From Mobula hypostoma (taxonomy: Eukaryota), in assembly GCF_963921235.1 (NCBI RefSeq), contig NC_086106.1:23994001-24058000 (forward strand): a stretch of 64,000 nt of DNA, read 5' to 3'. The first letter of the stretch is position 1. Every line of letters begins with the position of its first letter. This document shows positions 53,433 through 64,000 of this stretch, piece by piece. The notes under the pieces are model-generated. The model was not told where the DNA came from. It did not search any database and saw nothing but the letters and a program-made list of their open reading frames with translations. Both the position numbers and the translations under genes were made by a program.

Positions 53433-53471
53433 CACAGGGGTACAGAAATAGTCGGAACCTGTACAATAACT
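53433..53471 (+). other. Recombination signal sequence, 23-bp spacer
   Basis: CACAGGG (53433-53439) + 23 nt + ACAATAACT (53463-53471). Confidence 0.9.
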
Positions 53472-54319
53472 AGTTTAATTCTCTAGTGGCTGCTCATTGT
53501 AACTGCCTCTTTCTGAGCCTCTGTAGGTCCTACGTCAATCAGTATATGTCCAAATTTCAATATATTTCCTGAGATTGTTATCCAATAGATTGAGTTGCTT
53601 TCAGCCTATTACTCTTTTATCTGTTCCAGTGCTGATGTGGCCACCAAAATGCAAACTCTATGCTTTCACACGACAAAGGAAACGACGACTTTCCATTATT
53701 TTTTTTCTCTCTGTCTCACCATTTCGATGAAGAGCCTCTTTCCCTTGCAATGGGGTGGATGAGGATTCCGGAGTGAAATGTTGTTTATTCCCCAATATGC
53801 TACTGTGTTAAAATCTGACACTTTCCGCAAGTTATTATCACGTGCAGTATTTAACATGAAAACCTATTGTTTTATTTGTTCTACACCTTTTTTTTAATTC
53901 AAAGCTATGCCACAGCGCCCTCGCATGGTTTACTAAGTAACTGCATGCTAACATTGTCGCGGTGTTCACAACACTCACAAAGAAAAATTAGCTGGGTGCT
54001 TTTGTACAGGACGAAATTGAATGCTAATTTACCGCTTACTCTCACTGAGCCAATCGAGGAAGATGTAGTTTACAGAGCGAGCTTTACTTCTTCATTCCGC
54101 AGAATTGCACAGTTAACATCTCTCGTTTCAGGAAATAACATTAACACCATTCATAACAGCATACAAAAAAGTGTGTGTGATGAGTAACATAAATACTGTG
54201 GACAATTTAACGAGGAACGGGTAACGTGAATAACGAACGCTTTTTCATGAAACAGTATAGGTTAATGGCAAGGCTTGCCAAAGTGTCAGTGATATGAGCA
54301 GTTGAAATCCGTTGATATG

Positions 54320-54640
54320 CACAGTCAAGTCAAGTGAAATTTATTCATAACACACATTAAAAAAAAAAAATCCATGTTGACCACAGTGCTGTACAAACCA
54401 TAACAGGTAGGCAAAATCCAAAATATAAGAAACACAGATATAAACAGCAAGGCACACAGCTTATAGGCACAAATTGAACCACATATGAGCCTAGGCACAA
54501 ATCAAAAAATCAGCCATATCTGGAAGAATCGAAAGCTAGTGAATAAAGGTAAGTGTTGAGCCTGGACTGACAGAGTCAATGCAGGGGGCAGATCTGATAG
54601 GGGAAGGAATGCTGCTCGAAAGTCTAGGGGCTACAACAGC
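54320..54640 (-). mobile_element. L2-like LINE 3' tail fragment
   Basis: The - strand reads TGTACAGCACTGTGGTCAAC...TTATGAATAAATTTCACTTGACTTGAC, like fish L2 3' ends. Absent from the paralogous cassette. Confidence 0.55.
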
Positions 54641-55849
54641 ACATCCTGCCATAATGTTATATGCAGACTTTGCGTTGAAATTATGATAAATATTATGTAA
54701 ATGAAGTTTTGTCTTCTGATGATCATGTATGTTATCATATGGACCTTGACAACTGCGAATTCGAAAGGGTGCTGCATTGCTTAAAAAAAAAATCGGTAAA
54801 TCATCATCAACAACATCAACATAAAATTGTTGAGGGATTAGTGAAGCTATTTTGCCCAGTTTTGAAACTGTCGGAACTTTTTCCAATTTAACCTGTAACT
54901 CAGAAATAAAACTCATCCGTAGATGAATTTTCAGAATGGACAGACGTGAGGTGTTCTTTTAGAGTTGCTAGCTTCATTCTTATATTTTCAAGAATTGATC
55001 GGCACAACAATTGGGAATTGGTGATCCGTCACGGCCAGTAACGGATGTTAAGCTATCTGAGGCACAGCTGTCATCACAATCCATTTACTTCGATATTTCA
55101 ACTCTAATTGCTTCTGCAAAAAATATAAAATAAACAATGCTGAGGAAAATTAAATATGACTCAATTGATATTTTTGAAATTCAATATTTTTTCATGTTTT
55201 TTTCAATAAATTGTGTTGTAAATCTGCAAATAATAAGCAACCTGTATATGAATTAAGTGTAGGATAAGAGGTTCATTTAGCTTGTATGCTAGTTATGTAA
55301 AACAAGGCAGGTTTTGGAACTTACAGTATACAAGTTTTAACAGAGTTAATGTATCTGCGTTTTGTCTTTTAGACAAAAGGGTACAGCAGCATCTTAGGCG
55401 GTTTGTCCTTCCTGGAATTTTGCTATTTTACCGTATGGATTGACAAAAGGAAGCAATGTCAGGACCCATATTATGGTTTTTCGATGCAATACGATTCTCT
55501 CAGAATTTAACCATTCCATATCAAACATATTGCTGTTTTTAGTAGTTTTGGGAACATCTTTTCAGATTATGTTCAAGCTCGCTGAATAAAATAGTGATCA
55601 ATCAATCAAATAAATTATCCTCTGGGAAATCTGTTTGTGAGCTTTTTTTAACGTTGTTTTTATTTTCCGAATTTTAAGAACTCTGCATCGCAGTCCTGTA
55701 ATTAAACATTTCCCTGCTGCTGCCTTTCCGTGTCTGTATTCGGATCTGCCTGATCATTTAATTTGCAATAGTAAGATACCAATCAAATCGGGAGTACAGT
55801 TTTCTAAGTTGTTCATGCGACGTATTCTTTGTGTTCTTCCAATCTATAT

Positions 55850-57300
55850 TCTCCATAAGACCATCGGACAGTCGAGCAGAATTAGGCCATTTAGCCCATC
55901 GACTCTCCGGCTACAAACAATCATGACTGTTGGCGGATCCCGGTCAACCCCATGCACTGGCCTTCCAGTTGCCTTGCCCAATCAATAAACGATCAAATTC
56001 CGCCTTAAATATACACACGTAGTTGGTCTCCACCGCAGTCTGTGGCAGAGCATTCCGCAGATTTTCTAATCTCCAGATCAAGAAAAAAAACCTCCTTACA
56101 TTCTTCCTCTTGCCTGTCAAATACTCCACCATCCATGCCAGTATCTTTCCTGTAACGACATATGAATTCATATTGATAATCAGTTGCATGCGTTCAGTTA
56201 TCAAACGACTTCTGAAAATCGAGGTAAATGACATTCACTTCCTCTCTTTTCAAAAACTTCCTTGTTGCTTCCTCGAAGACTCTAACGGGCTTGTCAAGCA
56301 GGATTTCCCTTTGCAGACACCATGCAGACTTTGACTTATTTTATCATTAGGTTCCATGTACCTCAAACCCACATCTTTAAAACAGACTCCAACACCTTCC
56401 TAGCAAAATAGGTTAGGGTAGCTGGTCGACAATTCTGTCCTTTAACTTCCTCCCTTCCCATAGAGTGAAGTAATATTTTCAATCTTCCAGTCGTCCTCGA
56501 CCCTGCCAGAATGATGCCATTCTTGAAAGATCATGATCAATGCTTCCGTTATCTCTTTATGCTACATTAGCTTCAACCGCTCCCAACAGCTCCAGTAAAT
56601 CTGACAGCAAAAATATTGGCTCCCTGATATTCAAATTTATGCTGTCCCTTTTCTACATGTCCCACTTGCCCCGCATGACGTCTCAATTATTATCCAGAAT
56701 TGTTAATCCATGTCCTTTGCCCCAAAATCTTTAGCCACGCATTTATATGTCACCTCATTATATTCCTATCATCCCCGTCGCTTCACACAGAAAGCAATCC
56801 CGTGATTAATACCCTTGAGGTGCTGTTCCTAAGCTCCATCCTAACTCACTCTATTCATTTTCATGACCTCCTGCTTTTTTTCTTCCTATGTTGTTGGTAC
56901 CAATATATGCCACGCTTCAGGTAACAGATTCCCGCAAACCACCCCCCACCCCCCGCCCCAATCCTTTCAGGATGTTATGCATCCTGGCATCTGAGAAACA
57001 AACTCAGTAGGGTTTCATGCTTGCATCCTCTGAATCCTGCCCCTCCCCACCATAGAATCCACTATATCTGATGACACCCTCTGAAGTTCCCTATTCTTCT
57101 GAACCAAATGACCATATACAGTGCCAGGGATCGCCACCCAACCCCCAATAGTAATCAAAATGGAGGATTTGAGAGGGTCGAAAACTGGGTTTCACTCCAT
57201 TATCTCAGGTTCCACCTGTTCTCTCCTGACAGTCACTCAGGGTGACTATCTCTCTGTGACTCCTGTCAACAACTGTCGCACTTAACCTTACAAGCCGAAG
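55850..57300 (-). mobile_element. Old, heavily decayed CR1 LINE fragments
   Basis: Degenerate CR1 3' end (LWRLENLRNALPQTAVE...FKAEFDRLL) and RT/ORF1 remnants. Confidence 0.65.
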
Positions 57301-58679
57301 GTCATCGATATGCACTTCCAAATAAGTCCAAATAACAAAAATCCAGGCCTATTGTCGGCGAGCATATATTCGTTTTTTTTAAAATGTTAATGTTGTGTGC
57401 TGCGGTACTCCTGATCGCACACCTTGAGGTCTCTGTTTCAATCGATTCAATACATCTGAAAGTACGCACACGCACCATTCATTATCATTACGGGTGCCTC
57501 GTTTCTCATCAGATGCCTAACCAATCTATTCAGATTTGCCCAGGGTTGAGTCATATTCCTTCAAGCATTCTAGGTCCATTTACCTGCACGACTGTTGTTA
57601 TATATATATTAATTTTAAACTGCCTCAGACACTTTACGTTGCAGCTCATACAATAGACAAAGTATACACACTTAGTGTAAAAAAGAACTTACAAAATTGT
57701 GCTACCACGATTCCTTTATGTTTTCCACTTACCCAATTCTGATTCCCAATAGTAAGGATCAAGAATAAGGGCGTTAATCCTGTCAGTAGCCCATCATCTC
57801 TTATTCTCCCACACTCGAAGGAAAACGTTTGAAATTGATCAAGCTCTCTATAACCCAGTCTCGCGTGTGTTCGAAACTACCTTGTAGCTATTTTATGCTT
57901 TATTTCATCATGACTTGTAACATTGATTTTCTGATAGGACACAGAACATGATACATTAAGTGGTTTTATATTTTTACCTTGTGTTCCTTGCAATAGGTCC
58001 GGACGCTGCACAAATTACACTGGGAATTTCACCGTCACGTCTGGAACAAATATAAATATGGACTAATTCATGTTAAAACAAATCATTTCTGCACACAAGT
58101 TTAATCAAATGTGCATATCATACGATTTGAAAGGTTATTCCATACTCTGCAACACTTCTCACTAATGCAGACATGCAGCATTTGCAGTACATAACACATC
58201 ATGAATTGTCAAACTGCAGTTAATAACAGCTCAGCTACTCTGATACCTCACACATTCAGCCAGTGAAGGACTCGTGGAGGAAAAAAAAAAACTCTGCCCC
58301 CACAATCAGCTAAAGCAGTCCTGACTGCAACCTGGAACCCCACGAGTCGAGAACTTAACTATTTCATAACAATTATAATCATGTGTTGCGTTCGATCGCC
58401 AAGTAGACTGGCAGGTCATTTCGATGCATTAAATCCACATACTGAATACCTAAATACTGAATAATTAAAGGCCAACGAAGTGAATAAGCGGCCCCACCAG
58501 ATACATCTATGGGAAATTGCTTTATTTTGGTGACAGGACGAATTGATTTGAATGCAAATCTTTGGACAGCTGCAAATACACACAATGGGTAATATGCCTG
58601 TTATGTTCTGCCTGAGGTCTTCCGATTTGGAAACTATTTCCCTCACACAAAATCATGGATGCCCGTGCACTTTACATTG

Positions 58680-59400
58680 ATGTCTTTCCATCAGTCTCTG
58701 TAATATTTTGATGGATGCCCACAGTCCCCCGAAAGTTGCCTCACAGGTAGATAGGGTAGTTAAGAAAGCTTATGATGTGTTAGTTTTCATAATTTGAGTA
58801 ATAGAGTTCAAGAGTTGCGGGGAAATGATGCAGCTCTATAAAACTCGGTAGGTCACACTTGGCGTACTGCGTCCACTTCTGGTCGCCTCACTATTGGAAG
58901 GATGTGGAAGCATTGAAAAGTGTACAGAGGAGATTTACCAGGATATTGCCTGGTTTAGAGAGTATGCATTATGATCAGAGATTCAGGGAACTAGCGCTTT
59001 ACTCTCTGGGGAAAAGAAGAATGAGAGGAGACATGATAGAGGGTAACAAGATATTAAGAGGAATAGATAGAGTGGACAGCCAGGGCCTCTTACCCAGGGC
59101 AGCACTGCTCAATACAAGAGGACATGGTTTTAAGGTAGTGGTGGGAAGTTCAAGGGGGATATTAGAGGAAGATTTTTTACTCAGGGAGAGTTTGGTGTGT
59201 GGAATGCATTGCCTGAGTCAATGGTGGAGGCAGCTACACGAGTGAAATTTCAGAGACTACTAGCCAGGTATACAGAATAATTTAAGGTTGGGGGGTTATA
59301 TGGGAGACAGGGTTTAAGAGTCACGACAACATCGTGGGCCGAAGGGCCTGTACTGTGCTTTGCTGCTCTATGTTCTATGTTCTATGTTCTATGTTCTATG
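58680..59400 (+). mobile_element. CR1 LINE 3' fragment
   Basis: YCVHFWSPHYWKDVEALKSVQRRFTRILPGLE; (tatgttc)n tail at ~59370-59400. Confidence 0.9.
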
Positions 59401-60137
59401 TCACCTGAACTTCAGATTCTTCTGTAGGGTGCGGATATGGGCCGGCCATTGTTCCGCCGTAACCGTTGCCCGCTGCCCTCCACGAATAACTTTTTACGTT
59501 GGTGCTTTGAGCGTGATCCACTGAAGGTTGGAATTGTGATGTTTTTGTTGTATATTCTTTTGCGCACTCACAAATTATCCGTATCGGTTACATGTAGGAG
59601 AAAATCGGTTTCAACGACGATATGGTATGTCAGTCATCACTCAAGGAACCAAGGGTTATATTCATTTACTATTTTTTTCAGTGTATTTGTCTCAAAGATC
59701 AGAATATACCTTCGTCAACATCTGTAAAATACCTGAACTTGAATGGTTGTATAAATTGTCGTGTCACTTCCAAATTCAAGGATCCCTGTCAGGAACTCCA
59801 GCTACTATATATTTTTGAATTCCCTGAACAACGGCAGAGCATCCAGCAATCAGTTTATGCCATTAGCGGAAGTAACATAAATATCTCTCCTCGCTGTACA
59901 TCAGAATAAGCTAAGCTTGTATTACTTCGAGATCCTATGATGCTGATAGTCAAAGAAAAAAAATGCAGGGTTATTATTAAACCGGCGAAGTCTATGCAAA
60001 TGTCTGTGTTAATGCGCACGCTTATCCATTTTGTTTCACACTCGCTTTTTTTTTTATTGTACTAGGATTGATGTGCTACTTTGTAGAGTCGCCCATAGTA
60101 CAGAAAAGCATCTATTTCTCAAACGAAAGGACATGTT

Positions 60138-61367
60138 TTTCATGGTCCGATCCTTGAAGTCCGTATTCCGGTTCGCGCTCCGGTCCAGCTACACTTACTC
60201 CAGGTGTTCCTCTCTACCCTATTTCTTTTCTTGTTGAGCTCTATTGAGGCAGCTGATGCTCGTTGGGGCTGGCTGCATGAATACCTTCAGAGACTAAGGC
60301 GTGGCTTCTGGATTGTTCTTGTCTTTACTCCTTGTATCCCTTCCTCTGTCTTTTGTTTCCTGGCCTGAGGCCTTGCCTTTTCTTGCCGGTAGCTCGCGCC
60401 TCGCCTGAAGTTCTTGTTTCGCCTTGCATTGCCTGAAGCCTTGCCTTGTTTTGTTGGTAAGCCCTGACTTGTCGGCTGGTAACTCTCGCCTCGTCTCGCC
60501 TGCAGTCTTGTCCTGGAGCCACCCCGTACCCAGCTCCCTTCCTGTCCTTTACCTCCGTCGACTAAGTCAGGCCGTCTTGCCATTACTCTGCGGTTGGTTC
60601 TGTCCCTTCCGGTCCCTTGCCTCCGTTGGGTAAGCCAGACCATCTTGCCGTTACCTACGGTTGGTTCTGTCCCTTCCTAACCCTTGCCTCCGTCGGGAAA
60701 GTCACGCCCTATTGTCGTTAGCTGCGGTTGGTTCTGTCCCTTCCTGTCCCTTCCCTCCGTCGGGTAGAGATCCGCGCACTGTCCAGGAGTACCGCGCCCT
60801 ACCCAGCAGGAGATTTAAGTCTCCTGCCTCCAGCCTCCAGCCTCCAGCCTCGCCTCCCCTCGTCTCCTGCCTCCAGCCTCCAGCCTCTCCTCCCCTCGTC
60901 TCCTGCCTCCAGCCTCCAGGCTCGCATCTCTTCAAGTCTTTAGCCTCTAGCCCCTACCCTCCTGCCAAGCCTCGCCTCTATTCTCTAGCCTCCAGCCTCG
61001 TGCCAAGCCTCGCCTCTAGTCTCTAGCCTGAGGACTCCAGCTTCCTGTCTGCTGCCAAGCCTCGCCTCCAGTGTCTAGCCTCTAGCCTCAAGCCGCAAAA
61101 CTCCAGCCTCATCCTGCCTATCAGCCAAGCCTCGTCCTTGCGTAGTTCAACGGTCGGAGCCAGAGGCAAGAACCAGGTACTGGGTCCAAGTCCAGTCTCT
61201 GGCTCAGAGTCCAAGCCCGGGCTCCTTGCTCTCTCGTCCAGTCCTGTTCCGGGTTCCCGGTTTTTGTGTCCATGTCCTTGCTCTCACCCTGTGTCCCAAT
61301 CCTATCCGTAGTCCTTCAGTGTCTGTGTCTTGCACTTTAGTCCGTTCCTACCCTCCGCCTTATGACA
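60138..61367 (+). mobile_element. Probable solo LTR (Gypsy-type) with internal tandem repeats
   Basis: Ends tttcatgg...ttatgaca (decayed TGTCAT/ATGACA inverted termini). Flanks atgtt/acgtc could be a decayed 5-bp TSD. Internal repeats cggttggttctgtccctt (three copies) and (cctccag)n. Confidence 0.55.
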
Positions 61368-61429
61368 ACGTCAGTGCTTACTGTGCACTACTTTCAGTTT
61401 CAATTGCAACTACCATAAATAGTACTAGT

Positions 61430-61960
61430 TGACTTTGTCTTCTATACAGGCAGAATCAAGTCTATTACACTGGAATCTATGCTGAGATTTGTTAATATTG
61501 CAGCAGCAGGTCAATGCAAAATAGAAGAACGGGACAAAACAAATAAATTAATAATAATAATTCATGAATAAGTAAATCAATTACAGTATACTGATATGGA
61601 ATGGATTGAAATCGTGCAAAACCAGAAATAATATATATTAAAAACACAGTGAGGTAGTGTTAGGGGGATCCATCTCCATTTAGGTATGAGACGGCAGAGT
61701 GGAAAAAGCTGTTCCTAAATTCTTGCGTGCATGCCATCTGTACATCCTACCCAATCGTAGCAGTGAGGAAAGGGCATGCCCTGGGTGCTCAAGGACCTGA
61801 ATAATTGACGCTGCCTTTTTGAAAACCAATCCTGGAATATTTCCTGGGTACTTTCCAGGCTTGTACCCAGATAGAGCTGCTTACATTTAAAAAGCTCTGC
61901 AGTTTCTTTCGGTCCTGTGCAGTAGCCCTCCGCCCCCACCCCCACCATACCAGACCGTGT
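61430..61960 (-). mobile_element. Rex1/Babar-like LINE 3' end
   Basis: Parallel to 26690-27200 (gcagcagcag...aatggattgaaatcgtgcaaaaaccagaaat...cctgggtactttccaggcttgtacc). Confidence 0.75.
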
Positions 61961-63029
61961 TGCAGCCTGTCAGAAAATTACAGCCTGCCCGTTATATTAT
62001 TTTGCCCAATTTTGCGCAGGAGACAATTTGACATTGCGCAATAAATATACTCACTCATTCTTCAGAATATGTTCAAGCAGAAATGAAGGGTTCGACACCT
62101 GGTTAAAAGAAGACATATTAAATTGTCATTTACCTGTGTATTTTAGTAAAAATATCTATTGCTTTGTCTTAACAGCACTAACTCCTTCACTTGGTTCGAG
62201 ATACGAGCTCTTCACGTGAACCCAGAACGTGATTTGATGTGAAAAGTTCACCGAATCAGGAACGAGGACTTTGCTTTGAAATTCTGAATCGCTGCTGATG
62301 TTTCTGGTGGTCATCTTATGATGTACATTCTTACTCACTTATTTTCCGTGGTTCACTACATGGTGCTTTGAGATGTGCGTAACTGTTTTGCGGTAGGTCG
62401 TGCCATACACATCTTTTCCCCTTAACGTATCAACTATTGCAATCTCCTCAAATCGTTTTATTCATCTGGTCTACAGAGGTTTACGTCTCAGAATCGACAG
62501 AGTGCACTGTATCAAAAGTATACGTGCACATGAATTGATGATTATAATTTAAGAACTTGGCTAACTATTGTTAAATCACCTCAGATTAAAAGGCGGGTGG
62601 AGAAAAAAGAATAAAATTCCATGGTTTTAGCTTTGTTCCTGCATTGAAACTAACCAGCTGTGCAGAAATACACCTGACACGCATTTAGAGTCCGCACTCG
62701 TGCTTTATTGGTTGCTATTGCTCTAATTTACCTTTCTCGTTCTCTAAAATTCCGATGTTAGTGCTTGACCATGATTTAGTTCATGATAAAAATGATTGTC
62801 GGAATCATAAGGGCCATTCATCATATCTCATGAGCTGTTGTCGTGGTCTCTCCTGCAACTACAGACAAACACTCTCTGCTTCCTTGCGTTCTGTTTCAAA
62901 TCTCATCAACACGTTTATCTGCCACGTCATTCTAATTCCTGTTCTCACTGTCAGAGAGCTCAGGCCATAACTCTAAAATTATTGCTCTTGAGGTCCTGCT
63001 ATTCAGCTTCCATTCGAACTCTCTGTTTT

Positions 63030-64000
63030 TATCGCAAATAGAGGCGTTGGGGACAGAACCAAGTGCAAGACACAGACACTGAAGTACGAGAAACAGGACT
63101 TGACTAGAGCAGGGACGTCACAGGATACAGCCAAGGAGCACAGACAAGAACGCAGACTTTGGCTAGGACATGGACAAGACAGGGAACCCAGAAAGGAACT
63201 ATGCACTGGGAGCTTGAGCTTGGGCTCCGAACCAGATACTGGACAAGTCCCAGAACCTGGGTCTTGCCTCGGGCTCCTGCCCCAGAACCGGGCAAGAGCA
63301 CTACATGACTAAACGACTGGACGTGGCTGGAGTCCAGAAGCTTGGGGCTGCAGGCTGGTGTCTTGGTCTTGAGGTTTGAGGCTAGGGTCTTGGTCTTGAA
63401 GCTTGATGTCGGGATCTTGGTCCTGAATCTGTAGGCTGGGGTCTTGGTCTTGAGCTTTAGGCTTGGGTCTTCAGTCCTGGGGTTTGAGGCTGGGGTCTTG
63501 GTCTTGAGGTTGGAGGCTGAGGTCTTCCTCATGAGTATTGAGGCTGGTGTTTGGTCTTGAGGCTTGAGGCTGGGCTCTTGGTCTTGAGGCTTGACGCTGG
63601 GGTCTTGGTCTTGAGGCTTGAGGCTGGTGCCTTGGTGTTGATGCTTGAGGCTGGTGTCTTGTTCTTGAGTCTTGAGGCTGGCTCTTGGTCTTCAGGCTTG
63701 AGACTGGGGTCTTGGGCTTGAGGGTTGAGGCTTGCGTCTAGATCTTGAGGCTTGAGGCTGGTGTCCTGGTCTTCAGGCCTGAGGCTGGGGTCTTGGTCCT
63801 GAGGCTTGTAGACAGGATGGGGTCTTTGTCTTGAGGCGTGAGGCTGGGGTCTTGATCTTGAACCTTGGAGACATGCTGTGGTCCTGGTCTTGAGCTGGGA
63901 GACACGCTAGGGTCTTGGTCTTGAGCTGGGAGACAGGCTGGGGACCTGACTCTTGAGCTTGGAGACACGCTGGGGTTTGTGGTCTTGAGATTCGGAGGCT
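63030..64000 (-). mobile_element. LTR-like element of the 60138-61367 family, inverted, with expanded tandem repeat; runs off the window
   Basis: aagtgcaagacacagacactgaa (63060-63082) is the reverse complement of 61316-61338. Many imperfect copies of ggtcttggtcttgaggcttgaggctg. Confidence 0.6.

Noticed and set aside
57384-57656. ORF with signal-peptide-like start MLMLCAAVLLIA, similar to the V leader end
   Set aside because: No splice donor, no downstream V exon, and no recognisable domain.
59770-59860. GVPDR motif on the - strand suggesting an Ig light-chain V
   Set aside because: Followed by a stop; spacing to W is wrong and there is no YYC or RSS.
63100-63968. KTKTPAS-repeat ORFs
   Set aside because: Translation artefact of the LTR tandem repeat.

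Overview
Eukaryotic, repeat-rich genomic DNA from a cartilaginous fish. This is inferred from the shark/ray-type CR1 LINEs and the V-gene style, and a batoid is likely. The window is part of the variable-segment array of a T-cell receptor alpha/delta-type locus. Two apparently intact + strand V genes (leader exon, intron, V exon, 23-bp-spacer RSS) lie at 35089-35988 and 52878-53471, each inside one copy of an old ~5-6 kb duplicated cassette. Between them, on the - strand, are two V pseudogenes of a different family (41200-42752, split by a ~1.1 kb insertion; 44834-45308), which share a broken RSS heptamer. A weak J-segment-like element with a 12-RSS-like signal sits at 3673-3761. Most of the rest is decayed retroelements: CR1 (two near full-length copies), Rex1/Babar-like, L1/Tx1-like, L2 tail, Ty3/Gypsy pol fragments and LTRs, and Penelope-like fragments. 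There are also microsatellites and one N gap. No constant exons, convincing D segments, IgH-like V or NAR-TCR V were found. I see no solid evidence for a wholly new biological system; the best leads are in the antigen-receptor architecture. Repeat boundaries are approximate and all assignments were made by eye without database searches.
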